Origin: Desulfosoma sp.
GTDB lineage: Bacteria > Desulfobacterota > Syntrophobacteria > Syntrophobacterales > DSM-9756
Assembly: GCA_037481835.1 (NCBI GenBank)
Contig: JBBFKW010000013.1
Coordinates: 64,001-128,000 of the forward strand
Direction: 5' to 3'
DNA length: 64,000 nt
Below are positions 9,944 through 19,347 of the stretch, piece after piece (the first letter of the stretch is position 1; every line of letters starts with the position of its first letter). The notes under the pieces were generated by a model, which made no database searches, was not told the DNA's origin, and worked only from the letters and a program-made list of their open reading frames with translations. Both the position numbers and the translations under genes were made by a program.

Positions 9944-11446
9944 GTGGAGCGACGGCGTCGCCTTTTTTGCCTCATCGGCCCTGCTCTGTGTTTCCTTTGG
10001 AGCGCCGTGCCCTTCGATGCGGCGGCGGCGCCGCACAGCGCCGACACTCAGGAATGCCTGGCCTGCCATGTCCAGGCCACGCCGGGCATCGTGTCCGATT
10101 GGCAAAGGAGCCGGCACGCTCAGGTCACCCCCGCCGAGGCCATGGCGGCGGAGTCCCTTTCCCGCAAAGTCAGTTCTTCGGACGTGCCGGAAGGGCTGAA
10201 GGGCCACAGCGTAGGATGCGCCGAATGCCACACCCTGCGCGCCGATGCCCATAAGGATACGGTGGAACACAACGGCTATAGGATGTACGTGGTGGTGAGT
10301 CCTGAAGACTGCCGCACGTGCCACCAGGAGGAAGCGGCACAGTACCGGAAGAACCTCATGGCCCACGCCCATGGCAATCTCATGAAAAACCCCCTGTACC
10401 GCCAACTCATCGATGCCGTCAACGGCCTTCAGACCTTTGAAGGGGGAGCTCTCCAGGCTTTGGCGCCCATGGCCCACACCAATGACGATTCCTGCCTCAG
10501 CTGCCACGGCACGGACGTTAAGGTGCAGGGGACGGTGAGCCGGGACACGGACTTCGGATCCATGGACTTTGCCATTCTCAGCGGCTGGCCCAATGTGGGC
10601 GTCGGCCGCCTGAACCCGGACGGATCCCAGGGGTCGTGTGCGTCGTGCCATGTGCGCCACGGTTTTTCCATCGAAGTGGCCCGTAAGCCCGAAACATGCA
10701 GCCAATGCCACAAAGGTCCGGATGTTCCCGCCTACAAGGTCTACGGCGTGAGCAAACACGGAAACCTCTACGGATCGCTCAAGGAAAAATGGAACTTTAC
10801 CAGCGTGCCGTGGGTGGTGGGAAAAGACGTCAACGCGCCCACATGTGCCGTATGCCACGTGAGTCTCCTGGTGGATGAGAACAAAAACGTGCTCGCCAAG
10901 CGCACCCATGCCATGAACGACCGATTGCCGTGGCGCATCTTCGGCCTCGTCTATGCCCATCCCCATCCTCGGGACCCTGAAACGTTTAAAATCGTCAACG
11001 CGGACGGACTGGCTTTGCCCACCCGCTTGGACGGATCGTGGGCGGCCGATGCCCTCATCGACAAGCCGGAACAGGACGCTCGGCGCACGGTCATGCAGGC
11101 GGTCTGCCTGGGCTGCCACGGCACCTCATGGGTGGGCGGCCACTGGGAGCGGTTTGAAAAAACCCTGGAAGAAACCAACCGCATGACCGGAACGGCTACG
11201 GCCGTGATGGTCCAGGCGTGGAAGGAAAACCGGGCGGCGGGACCGCCCGCCAACCCCTTTGACGAGCCCTTGGAAAAACTGTGGGTGGAACAATGGCTCT
11301 TTTATGCCAATTCCATCCGGTTTTCGTCGGCCATGATGGGTGCCGACTACAGTGTGTTTGACAACGGCAGGTGGTCCCAATCCAAAGGCCTTCGGGAGAT
11401 GGAACGGTTGTACAGGACCCTCTCCCCCGGGCAGAAGGCGAGGTGA
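9944..11446 (+). CDS. Exported octaheme c-type cytochrome, hydroxylamine oxidoreductase (HAO)-like
   Basis: Eight CxxCH motifs (CLACH, CAECH, CRTCH, CLSCH, CASCH, CSQCH, CAVCH, CLGCH); WPNVGVGRLNPDGS; SKHG; N-terminal signal peptide; GGAGG before GTG 9944. Confidence 0.88.
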   Translation: MERRRRLFCLIGPALCFLWSAVPFDAAAAPHSADTQECLACHVQATPGIVSDWQRSRHAQVTPAEAMAAESLSRKVSSSDVPEGLKGHSVGCAECHTLRADAHKDTVEHNGYRMYVVVSPEDCRTCHQEEAAQYRKNLMAHAHGNLMKNPLYRQLIDAVNGLQTFEGGALQALAPMAHTNDDSCLSCHGTDVKVQGTVSRDTDFGSMDFAILSGWPNVGVGRLNPDGSQGSCASCHVRHGFSIEVARKPETCSQCHKGPDVPAYKVYGVSKHGNLYGSLKEKWNFTSVPWVVGKDVNAPTCAVCHVSLLVDENKNVLAKRTHAMNDRLPWRIFGLVYAHPHPRDPETFKIVNADGLALPTRLDGSWAADALIDKPEQDARRTVMQAVCLGCHGTSWVGGHWERFEKTLEETNRMTGTATAVMVQAWKENRAAGPPANPFDEPLEKLWVEQWLFYANSIRFSSAMMGADYSVFDNGRWSQSKGLREMERLYRTLSPGQKAR

Positions 11447-11450
11447 CGGC

Positions 11451-12032
11451 ATGGGTCAGCAAAAGCGCTTTTGGGGGTGCATCGTTTTCCTTATGGCTTT
11501 CCTTGCCTGGGGGCTGGGCCGGCCCGAGCCGGGGCGCGCCGAATCGGGCGTCCCCGGAGTCGGCCAAAGCTTTCCGCCCATCGCCCTGGAAGCTCCCAAG
11601 GACCCCGCCATGCGGACCTATCTGGGGATCGGCGCCGCTCAGACCTTCACCGTGGACCAGGTGGACGCCGACGTGGTCGTCGTGGAAATCTTCAGCATGT
11701 ACTGCCCCCACTGCCAGAGGGAAGCGCCCACGGTCAATGCGTTCTACGAACTGGCCCAAAAGAAGAACCGGCCCGGAAAGACCTTGAAGATCCTGGGCAT
11801 CGGGGCGGGCAATTCGCCTTTTGAAGTGGATGTTTTCGCCAAGAAGTACAGCGTGCCCTTTCCCTTGATTCCCGATGGAGACTACAGTGTCCACAAGACG
11901 CTGGGCGAAGTTCGTACACCCCATTTCATCGCCGTCAAACGGAGTGCCGACGGATCCCGCACGGTGGTGTATTCCCAATCGGGGAGTTTTGGATCGCCCG
12001 AGGACTTTTACCGGCGTTTGATGGAACCTTGA
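11451..12032 (+). CDS. Exported TlpA/thioredoxin-like protein
   Basis: Signal-peptide-like N-terminus, FSMYCPHC, TPHF cis-Pro motif. Confidence 0.85.
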   Translation: MGQQKRFWGCIVFLMAFLAWGLGRPEPGRAESGVPGVGQSFPPIALEAPKDPAMRTYLGIGAAQTFTVDQVDADVVVVEIFSMYCPHCQREAPTVNAFYELAQKKNRPGKTLKILGIGAGNSPFEVDVFAKKYSVPFPLIPDGDYSVHKTLGEVRTPHFIAVKRSADGSRTVVYSQSGSFGSPEDFYRRLMEP

Positions 12033-12076
12033 GACACGGGGACCGAAAGCCGTAGCCGTACAGCAGGGGCTGGATC

Positions 12077-12697
12077 ATGAAAGGACGTTTAAGACTTTGT
12101 CTTTTGGTCGTCGCGGCCGCGGGTTTTCTGGGTTTGGCGCCGGAGGGCGTCCGAACGGCATGGGGCGTTTCCGAAGCCTTTCACGGAAAGATCTACGTGC
12201 CGGGGCCGTTGAAGCCCGTGGATTCGCAACTCAAGGTGCGCGTCGGAGACGCGGCCCCCGACTTCGTCTTGCCGTCCGTTTCGGGGGAAAAGATCCAGTT
12301 GTCCCAGTTTCGAGGGCGGAAAAACGTGGTCTTGTCTTTCGTCCCGGCGGCCTGGACTCCCGTGTGTTCCGACCAATGGCCGGGCTACAACATCGCCAAG
12401 GACCTTTTTGAAGCCCACGATGCCGTCCTTTTGGGGATCAGCGTGGACAATCTTCCCACGCTTTTCGCCTGGACCCAGGAAATGGGCGGGCTTTGGTTTC
12501 CGGTCCTCTCGGATTTTTGGCCTCACGGCGCCGTTGCGGACCGCTACGGGGTGCTGAGATCGGACGGCGTTACGGAGCGGGCGATTTTCATCATCGATAA
12601 GGCAGGTGTCATCCGTTACATCGATGTCCACGACATCAACCAAAGACCCCCTCTGGAAGGAATTCTCAAGGAACTCGAGAAGCTCCAAAAGCCCTGA
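12077..12697 (+). CDS. Exported peroxiredoxin (AhpE-like)
   Basis: FVPAAWTPVCS, LSDFWPHG, ERAIFIID; signal-peptide-like N-terminus. Confidence 0.88.
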   Translation: MKGRLRLCLLVVAAAGFLGLAPEGVRTAWGVSEAFHGKIYVPGPLKPVDSQLKVRVGDAAPDFVLPSVSGEKIQLSQFRGRKNVVLSFVPAAWTPVCSDQWPGYNIAKDLFEAHDAVLLGISVDNLPTLFAWTQEMGGLWFPVLSDFWPHGAVADRYGVLRSDGVTERAIFIIDKAGVIRYIDVHDINQRPPLEGILKELEKLQKP

Positions 12698-12768
12698 CGG
12701 GTTCCGGCGGGACGGGAAAGCGCGCTGGGGCCGCAGGGGTTCCTCAGGGGAGAAAGGAGCGGAGTGCT

Positions 12769-13116
12769 GTGAAAAAAGTTCTCTTGTGCGCTTTCAACGG
12801 GGAAATCATGTGTTTTGTTCACGTGCTGCTGAACGCCCTGGATTTTGCCGGCCGTGGCTATGATACGGCCGTTGTGGTGGAAGGGGCGGCCGTCAAGGCC
12901 GTTCCCGAAATCGCTTCACCCGATCATCCCATGCACGGGCTCTATGCGGACGTGAAAAAAGCCGGTCTCATCCACGGCGTGTGTCGAGCCTGTTCGGTCA
13001 AGTTCGGCGTTGTGGACGGCGTGGAAAAGGAAGGTCTGGAGCTGCTCGCGGACATGAAAGGTCATGCGAGCCTTGCCCGGTACGTGGATCAGGGGTTTGA
13101 GGTGATCACCTTTTGA
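12769..13116 (+). CDS. DsrE/DsrF-like protein
   Basis: CFVHVLLNALD, EGAAV, VCRACS, C-terminal VITF. Confidence 0.75.
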   Translation: MKKVLLCAFNGEIMCFVHVLLNALDFAGRGYDTAVVVEGAAVKAVPEIASPDHPMHGLYADVKKAGLIHGVCRACSVKFGVVDGVEKEGLELLADMKGHASLARYVDQGFEVITF

Positions 13117-13133
13117 GAAGAGGAGGAAAGACG

Positions 13134-13322
13134 ATGTCCAAGAAGAGGTACAAGGTTCGAGGCCAGTGCCCGCAGTGTGCGTGCGGCGATGTGACGTTTT
13201 TGGGACCGGAAAAGCTCAGGGACAAATACATCGGCCCGGAAGAGGAAATGGAAATCCTCTGCCCCACGTGCGGGACCAAACACAAGGCCACGGTCGTGGA
13301 AGTGGAAGAAGTCAAGGAATGA
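13134..13322 (+). CDS. Small Cys-rich (Zn-ribbon-like) protein
   Basis: CPQCAC...CPTCG; GAGGAGG RBS. Confidence 0.7.
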   Translation: MSKKRYKVRGQCPQCACGDVTFLGPEKLRDKYIGPEEEMEILCPTCGTKHKATVVEVEEVKE

Positions 13323-13347
13323 GACCGCTTTCATGAGGAGAACGATT

Positions 13348-13800
13348 GTGCCCAAAGCCCTCGTGGTTTACGCCACGCGCACCAACCAGACCAAAGGGAT
13401 CGGGGAACTCATCGCCGAGGGGTTGCGAACCTCCGGCGTGGACGTCACCGTCCTGAGTGTTCAGGAGTTCGACAAGGGGGAGGTGGACCCCCGGGATTTC
13501 GACGCCGTCGTCTTGGGATCGGCCACCTATCATGGGGAAATGATGCAGCCCATGAAGACCTTTCTTTTCAAGCTGGAGCAATACGACTTGAAGGGCAAGG
13601 TGGGCGGGGCTTTCGGGGCTTTCGGGTGGAGCGGCGAGGCCCCGGGGCGGATTTTTGAAACCATGAAGAACATCTACCTGATGGAGATGGTCAGTGGGCC
13701 GCTCAAACTCAAATCCAGTGCGCTGAGCGGCGGCATGCAGATGGCGCAGCGCTACGGGCAGGAAATCGCTCAAAAGCTGAAAGCCGCCGCCTCGACCTAG
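13348..13800 (+). CDS. Flavodoxin-domain protein
   Basis: VYATRTNQT, LGSATY, FGAFGWSGEA; GAGGAG RBS before GTG. Confidence 0.88.
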   Translation: MPKALVVYATRTNQTKGIGELIAEGLRTSGVDVTVLSVQEFDKGEVDPRDFDAVVLGSATYHGEMMQPMKTFLFKLEQYDLKGKVGGAFGAFGWSGEAPGRIFETMKNIYLMEMVSGPLKLKSSALSGGMQMAQRYGQEIAQKLKAAAST

Positions 13801-13907
13801 GAGCCTGTCCGACAATGGGGAGTTGGACAGGGCTGGAGGGGAATCGAGCTCAGGGCCTGAGAAGGCCGAATTTTCATGGTTCGTCGTCTCGCCGAGGCGA
13901 GATGCAA

Positions 13908-14035
13908 GGTGGGGTTCGCTGCGCTCACCCCATCCGACGAGTTTGTTTATGAATGCCGGCCGGCGAGATGGAGATCGGGGTGAGCGCAGCGACCACCAAA
14001 CAAACTCCGACAGTAATCGCCAAAGCGCTCCTACG
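13908..14035. repeat. Inverted pair of REP-like elements (REPIN/BIME-like)
   Basis: 13908-13938 is the reverse complement of GTCGGATGGGGTGAGCGCAGCGAACCCCACC. A second copy GGGGTGAGCGCAGCGACCACC lies at about 13977-13997. GAGTTTGTTT (13939) and AAACAAACTC (13998) are inverted. Confidence 0.7.
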
Positions 14036-14107
14036 GGACGCGGATGGGGGTCCGCGAAGGACCCCTGAGACTTGATTGCATGAGGGCACGAAAAGGAGGA
14101 GAAAAGG

Positions 14108-14311
14108 ATGACGACCCCGAGACATTGCCCAGGCTTCGAGCAGTTCAAGGATCTTCGGTCTTTCGTGTGCAAATGCGAAGGGTGCGGTGCGGAAAAGGAG
14201 ATTTTTTCCGATGAGTTCGACAAGAAGCACACGTGCCCCAAATGCGGCCAACCCATCGATTTTACGAAATGCGCGGTGTACGCCGGGGGGCAGGACGAAA
14301 CGCCCCGATAG
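14108..14311 (+). CDS. Small Zn-ribbon-like protein
   Basis: HCPG...CKCEGCGAEKEIFSDE...CPKCG; strong purine-rich RBS. Confidence 0.72.
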   Translation: MTTPRHCPGFEQFKDLRSFVCKCEGCGAEKEIFSDEFDKKHTCPKCGQPIDFTKCAVYAGGQDETPR

Positions 14312-14491
14312 GGATTAAATCCCGAAGGGATGGAACCCGCCCAGCCCTTTTGCCACGGAGCTTCCCGGATTTCCTGCAAAGGACCCGAGAGGGCGGGGGC
14401 GCCGGTTTCAGGCGCCCCCGATTTTCGGTCAGCCTCCTCGAGGGTCTCGATCACTTCAAGGCCAGCCCCCGGCTTCAACAAGGATCCCTCC

Positions 14492-16555
14492 ATGCCGAAC
14501 AAACTTGCCGAAGAGAAAAGCCCCTACCTGCTGCAGCATGCCGAAAACCCCGTGGATTGGTATCCGTGGGGTGAAGAAGCCTTCGCCAAGGCGCGGCGTG
14601 AAGACAAACCCGTGTTTTTGAGCATCGGCTACGCCACATGCCATTGGTGCCATGTGATGGCCCATGAATCCTTTGAAGACGAGGAGGTGGCGGCATACCT
14701 GAACGAGCATTTCGTCGCCGTAAAGGTGGACCGGGAAGAGCGGCCTGACATTGACGGCGTCTACATGAGCGTCTGCCAGGTGATTTCGGGGCACGGCGGC
14801 TGGCCTTTGTCCGTTTTCCTGACCCCGGAGGGGCTGCCCTTTTTCGCCGGCACCTACTTTCCAAAAAGAGCGCGCATGGGGATGCCCGGCTTCCTGGACC
14901 TCCTTCAGGAAATCGTCCGGCTCTGGCGCGAAGAGAGAAAGAAACTCACGGAAACCGGCCAAAAGATCCGCGAGGTATTGCAGCAGGCGTCCAAGGGGGA
15001 GGAAGCCTTCTTGGAGGAAGGGGACCTGGAACGGGCTTTCAGCCAGTTGCGCGGCGCCTTTGACCCGCGATGGGGTGGATTCGGGGAAGCGCCCAAGTTT
15101 CCCACCCCGCATCAACTGGCCTTCCTGCTGCGTTACCACGCCCGTACGGGAAACCCGGCGGCTTTGGGCATGGTGGAAGAGACGCTCATGGCCATGCGTC
15201 AGGGCGGCATTTTCGACCAGCTTGGCTATGGGTTTCACCGTTATTCCGTGGACGCTCAATGGCTGGTGCCCCACTTTGAAAAAATGCTCTACGATCAAGC
15301 CCTCTTGGCCATGGCGTACCTGGAAACGTTTCAGGTGACGGGAAAAGCCTTTTACGCGCAGGTGGCCCGGGAAATTTTCGAATATGTGCTGAGAGACATG
15401 ACCGATCCGCTCGGGGGATTTTATTCCGCCGAAGATGCGGACACCGAAGGCGAAGAGGGGTTGTTCTACACGTGGACGCCGCAAGAAATCCAGGCCGTTT
15501 TGCCTGAAAGCGAGGCGGCGCTGGTGTGTCGATATTTCGGCGTGACGCCAAGAGGCAACTTCGACAAAGGGCGAAGCGTCCTTCATGTCGCCGACGATCC
15601 GAAAACCCTGGCCCAAGGGGCCGCAATGACCGTTCAGGACGTCATGGACCTCGTGGAAAAGGCGCGCCGCGCCCTTTTTGCCCACAGGAAAACGCGGCCG
15701 GCCCCGCTCAAGGACGACAAGATCCTCACGGCTTGGAACGGCCTTATGGCCGCCGCGTTGGCCATGGGATCCCGAGTGCTCGCCGATCCGAGCTATCTGG
15801 ATGCGGCGGCCCGCGCGGTCCACTTCGTCTGGGACACTCTCCGCGATCCCCGGGGACGGCTTTATCGGCGCTTTCGCCACGGCCATACGGCCTATCCCGG
15901 CTATCTTGACGATTACGCTTACTTGGGCTGGGCTTTCCTTGAATTGTACGAGGCTTCCTTCGACCCGGCTTATTTGGAAAAAGCCGTCTTGGTGCACGAG
16001 GCCATGATGGATCTTTTTTGGAACGAGGACCAAGGCGGCTTCGATTTCACCGCCAAGGACGGGGAACAGCTCATCGTGCGGGAACGGGACGTGTACGACG
16101 GCGCCGTGCCTTCCGGCAACTCCACGGCGCTCAACACTCTCGCCCGTCTCGCTCAGATCACGGGGGATGGGCGTTGGGAAGAGGCGGCAGACGGCATCGT
16201 GCGCGCCTTTGCCCACGAAGTGAAACGGTATCCCAGGGCTTATACCCATTTCCTGAACGGCTATGATAGGGTTTTGGGGCCCGGATGCGAAGTGGTCCTG
16301 GTCGGTTCCTCCCAGGATCCCCACTGCCGGGCCATGGTGCAAGAGGTGCGCCTGGGGTTTCGGCCGCGCACGGCCGTCGTGGTGAAGCCCCTGGAAGATT
16401 CGGCCCGGGATCTTCTGGAAAGGCTGATTCCTTTTACGGCGTCCATGGATCCAGTGGGCGGCCGGCCGACGGCCTATGTGTGCCAAGGCCGGCAATGCGG
16501 CCGTCCCGTCACCGACCCGGAAGACTTGGCAACCCTTCTGGGGGCGGCTCGATGA
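14492..16555 (+). CDS. Thioredoxin-domain protein YyaL/SSP411 (DUF255 + glycosidase-like barrel)
   Basis: [49 protein letters not shown]. Confidence 0.93.
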   Translation: MPNKLAEEKSPYLLQHAENPVDWYPWGEEAFAKARREDKPVFLSIGYATCHWCHVMAHESFEDEEVAAYLNEHFVAVKVDREERPDIDGVYMSVCQVISGHGGWPLSVFLTPEGLPFFAGTYFPKRARMGMPGFLDLLQEIVRLWREERKKLTETGQKIREVLQQASKGEEAFLEEGDLERAFSQLRGAFDPRWGGFGEAPKFPTPHQLAFLLRYHARTGNPAALGMVEETLMAMRQGGIFDQLGYGFHRYSVDAQWLVPHFEKMLYDQALLAMAYLETFQVTGKAFYAQVAREIFEYVLRDMTDPLGGFYSAEDADTEGEEGLFYTWTPQEIQAVLPESEAALVCRYFGVTPRGNFDKGRSVLHVADDPKTLAQGAAMTVQDVMDLVEKARRALFAHRKTRPAPLKDDKILTAWNGLMAAALAMGSRVLADPSYLDAAARAVHFVWDTLRDPRGRLYRRFRHGHTAYPGYLDDYAYLGWAFLELYEASFDPAYLEKAVLVHEAMMDLFWNEDQGGFDFTAKDGEQLIVRERDVYDGAVPSGNSTALNTLARLAQITGDGRWEEAADGIVRAFAHEVKRYPRAYTHFLNGYDRVLGPGCEVVLVGSSQDPHCRAMVQEVRLGFRPRTAVVVKPLEDSARDLLERLIPFTASMDPVGGRPTAYVCQGRQCGRPVTDPEDLATLLGAAR

Positions 16556-16675
16556 GGAAGACAGCCCTTGCGAGAGAGAAAACTTCGAAAGGTAAGGGAA
16601 TCGCCTCCCACTGCGGTTCGGGTTTTTTGAGAAGCGGCCTCGGCCGCGATCGTGGCGTGAAAGAAAGGAACGAAC

Positions 16676-17185
16676 ATGAGTGCGAATCAACCGGTGATCA
16701 AAGTGTTCGAGTACGCATTGAACCAGGAAGAGACGGGAAAGCTGTTTTTCCAAACGGCGCTGCAGCGCATGGGGATCGGTGCTGCGGTGAGCGCCTTCAA
16801 GAGGCTGATCGCCGAGGAAGAAAAACACATCGCCTTCATCAGCCGTATTTTGGACGAGCTGCGCCGCGGCAAGGAAGTGGATCCCGGACAGCTCCAGGAT
16901 CTCATCCTGGAGCCCACGGACTACTTCGACGAACGGGCCAAAAAGGAATTCATGGAACAATGCGTGGAAGGGTCCATGGTCCCTGATGTGACCGTGTTCA
17001 ACACGGCGTGGCTCATCGAAAAGGATCTGAGCGAATTCTATGCCGCCATGGCCCAAAAGGCCGTCGGGAAGGCCAAAGACGCCCTTTCCATGCTTTCTCG
17101 GTGGGAAAAGCAGCATGAAATGTTTTTCCGCCAGTTTCGGGACAAGCTCAGCGAAGCCTATGCCCAGATGCCGTGGGGCGGATGA
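16676..17185 (+). CDS. Rubrerythrin/ferritin-like protein
   Basis: EEEKH and WEKQH diiron-type helices; MPWGG tail. Confidence 0.8.
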   Translation: MSANQPVIKVFEYALNQEETGKLFFQTALQRMGIGAAVSAFKRLIAEEEKHIAFISRILDELRRGKEVDPGQLQDLILEPTDYFDERAKKEFMEQCVEGSMVPDVTVFNTAWLIEKDLSEFYAAMAQKAVGKAKDALSMLSRWEKQHEMFFRQFRDKLSEAYAQMPWGG

Positions 17186-17203
17186 TTTTTCCCTGGGCGA
17201 ACC

Positions 17204-18721
17204 TTGAGGGCGGGAGGATCGGCCGTGAGGGATTGGGAGTTTGGGTACCATCGGCGGACGTCTTACGGGCGCGGGGCTTTGGGAGGCGGAACTGTGGATT
17301 GGAGCGCCCGCCCCGCCGTGTACAAGAACTATCGAAGCCTTCCAACGGTGCCCTTGCCGGACGACATCCGCGGGGTTCACCGGCCCTTTTTCGAGGTTCT
17401 GTTCCACACGCCCGGCATGGATACACGGCACCAAGAGCTCGATGCGGAAAAGCTGGGTCGAGCCCTTGTGCTGACCTACGGGATCACGGCTCAAAGCGGT
17501 CGGGGGGCGGACGCCTTTTTCTACCGTTCCGTCCCGTCTGCAGGGGCGCTCTACCCGTGTGAACTCTACGCCGCCGTTCAGGGCCTTCCGGATCTGGAAG
17601 ACGGACTCTACCATCACGACCTGGCCCGAAACCGCCTGGTTCGGCTCCGAGCGGGCCGCTTTCTGCGCTCCGAGGAACCGTGGGCCGCGGCGTTCTTCGT
17701 GACGGCCCTCTTCTATCGCAGTGCTTGGAAATACCGGGACCGCGCCTACCGCTATTGCCTTCTGGATGCGGGCCATCTGGTGGAAAACGCTTTCTTGGTG
17801 TTGCAATCGGAAGGGCTGGCGGCCCGGGTTTTTTACAGATTCGACGATGGCGCGGTAAACGCCTTCCTCGGGCTGGATCCCGAAAGGGAAGTCTGTCTCG
17901 CCGTCCTGACGATGCCGCATGCGGAACCGGAAGAAAGGGAAGCTTTGCCGGACAAACCCGGGTTTTTCGAACTGGGTGAAACCCGCAACGACCCCGTGCA
18001 GCCCGAAGCCTGCCGCATGAGTCCTTCGGATAGGGTTCCCGCATTGATTTTGGATGCGCATCGCCGAACGGCCTTGGACCCACCGGGAGGTTTTCCGGGA
18101 TCCCGCCCGGCGGGGACCTTCCGTTCGGGGGCGGAAGCCGGGCGCAAGGTGCCGAAACCCAACGCCGAGGCCATGTCCTGGAGTGTGCCCCTTGCCGAAG
18201 CCGTATGGCGGAGGCGGTCTTACAGGAACTATGTCTCCCAGCCCGTATCGTCTTCCGTGTGGCACGCCCTGTGGCACAGCCTCTCGCTGCGCTTCGTGTT
18301 ATGCCCGCCCTTGGAGGTGCTTGTTGCCTGCGGCGACGCCGAAGAACTGCCCGCGGGCATCTACCGATGGGATGCGGCGGCAGGCACAACGAGCCTGGTG
18401 AAGGCCGGCGATGTCCGCGCGGCGTCGGCTCACGCGTGTCTCGACCAGGACTGGCTGCGGCACGCGGTGTTTCATTTCGCGTTCGGGGTGCATTGGCCGG
18501 ATGTGTGGGACATCTTGGGGCCTCGAGGCTACCGGGCGGCCATGCTGGATGCAGGGCGGTTGGGCCAAAGGGTGTACTTGGCATCCACGGCCTTGGGACT
18601 CGGCGCGTGCGGCATCGGAGCTTTTTACGATGACGAACTGCGCCGCGTCTTCCATCTGGACGAGGATTGGGACGTCGTCTACGTCACCGCATCGGGACCG
18701 GTCAAGAAACTGTGGAAATGA
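17204..18721 (+). CDS. SagB/ThcOx-family nitroreductase with two tandem domains (start uncertain)
   Basis: RSVPSAGALYP, WKYRDRAYRY..LDAGH; second domain RRRSYR...RGYR..MLDAG...GIGAFYDD. Confidence 0.85.
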   Translation: MRAGGSAVRDWEFGYHRRTSYGRGALGGGTVDWSARPAVYKNYRSLPTVPLPDDIRGVHRPFFEVLFHTPGMDTRHQELDAEKLGRALVLTYGITAQSGRGADAFFYRSVPSAGALYPCELYAAVQGLPDLEDGLYHHDLARNRLVRLRAGRFLRSEEPWAAAFFVTALFYRSAWKYRDRAYRYCLLDAGHLVENAFLVLQSEGLAARVFYRFDDGAVNAFLGLDPEREVCLAVLTMPHAEPEEREALPDKPGFFELGETRNDPVQPEACRMSPSDRVPALILDAHRRTALDPPGGFPGSRPAGTFRSGAEAGRKVPKPNAEAMSWSVPLAEAVWRRRSYRNYVSQPVSSSVWHALWHSLSLRFVLCPPLEVLVACGDAEELPAGIYRWDAAAGTTSLVKAGDVRAASAHACLDQDWLRHAVFHFAFGVHWPDVWDILGPRGYRAAMLDAGRLGQRVYLASTALGLGACGIGAFYDDELRRVFHLDEDWDVVYVTASGPVKKLWK

Positions 18722-18819
18722 AAGGGCAAGCCCGTTCCTGGAGACGAGCGGGCGTCAAGCCCGACACAACAACCCTTGGGAGCGGGAACGGACTGTTGAA
18801 AAGGAGGAGACTCGGCTTC

Positions 18820-19065
18820 ATGGAACGGTTTGAGTATTCCATTACGAGGCATCCGGCGGAAAGCTTTCGAGAGACGGCCTATTTTTGTACGGCCGAAGGC
18901 TCGTGCCGTCTCGAAGACGTTCCTGTGGATCAGACGGCCATCCTGGAAAAGCTCTTGAACGAACGCGGCAAACAGGGCTGGGAACTGGTCCAGATCGCCT
19001 TCGGCACAAGCGGCCTCTTGGCCTTTTGGAAACGCCGCATCGTCGAAGTGTCTCCGAAACGTTAA
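18820..19065 (+). CDS. Small DUF4177-like protein
   Basis: FEY...LNERGKQGWELV...FWKR pattern; AGGAGG RBS. Confidence 0.7.
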   Translation: MERFEYSITRHPAESFRETAYFCTAEGSCRLEDVPVDQTAILEKLLNERGKQGWELVQIAFGTSGLLAFWKRRIVEVSPKR

Positions 19066-19146
19066 ACACGTTGCCCGCCTGTGCCGATCTGAGCAAGGCC
19101 TCGGGTTGATTCACAAGGTGATGACAGGAAAGGGTAAGGGATCGGG

Positions 19147-19347
19147 ATGAAGGAAACAGTGCGTATCAAAGGGATGTCCTGCGGTCATTGTGTCAAGGCG
19201 GTGGAAAAGGCCTTGGGCGAGGTGCCGGGGGTGGAAAAGGTGCACGTGGACCTGGCTTCAGGGACGGCGACAATGGACACTTCCGGACCTTTGGACATGG
19301 CCGAGGTTCGCCGGAAAATCGAGAAAGCGGGTTATGAACTGGTCTGA
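19147..19347 (+). CDS. copZ: Copper chaperone (HMA domain)
   Basis: GMSCGHC, AGY tail. Confidence 0.92.
   Translation: MKETVRIKGMSCGHCVKAVEKALGEVPGVEKVHVDLASGTATMDTSGPLDMAEVRRKIEKAGYELV

Noticed and set aside
13797..13835. IS terminal inverted repeat or MITE (AGCCTGTCCGAC...GTTGGACAGGGCT)
   Set aside because: Only a short local hairpin, with no transposase or distant matching end.
14456..18277. 1273-aa minus-strand ORF
   Set aside because: It is antisense to three well-supported genes and has no recognisable motif; a shadow ORF typical of high-GC DNA.
17204..18721. RiPP (azole peptide) biosynthesis cluster around the SagB-like gene
   Set aside because: No YcaO, precursor peptide or dedicated transporter nearby.
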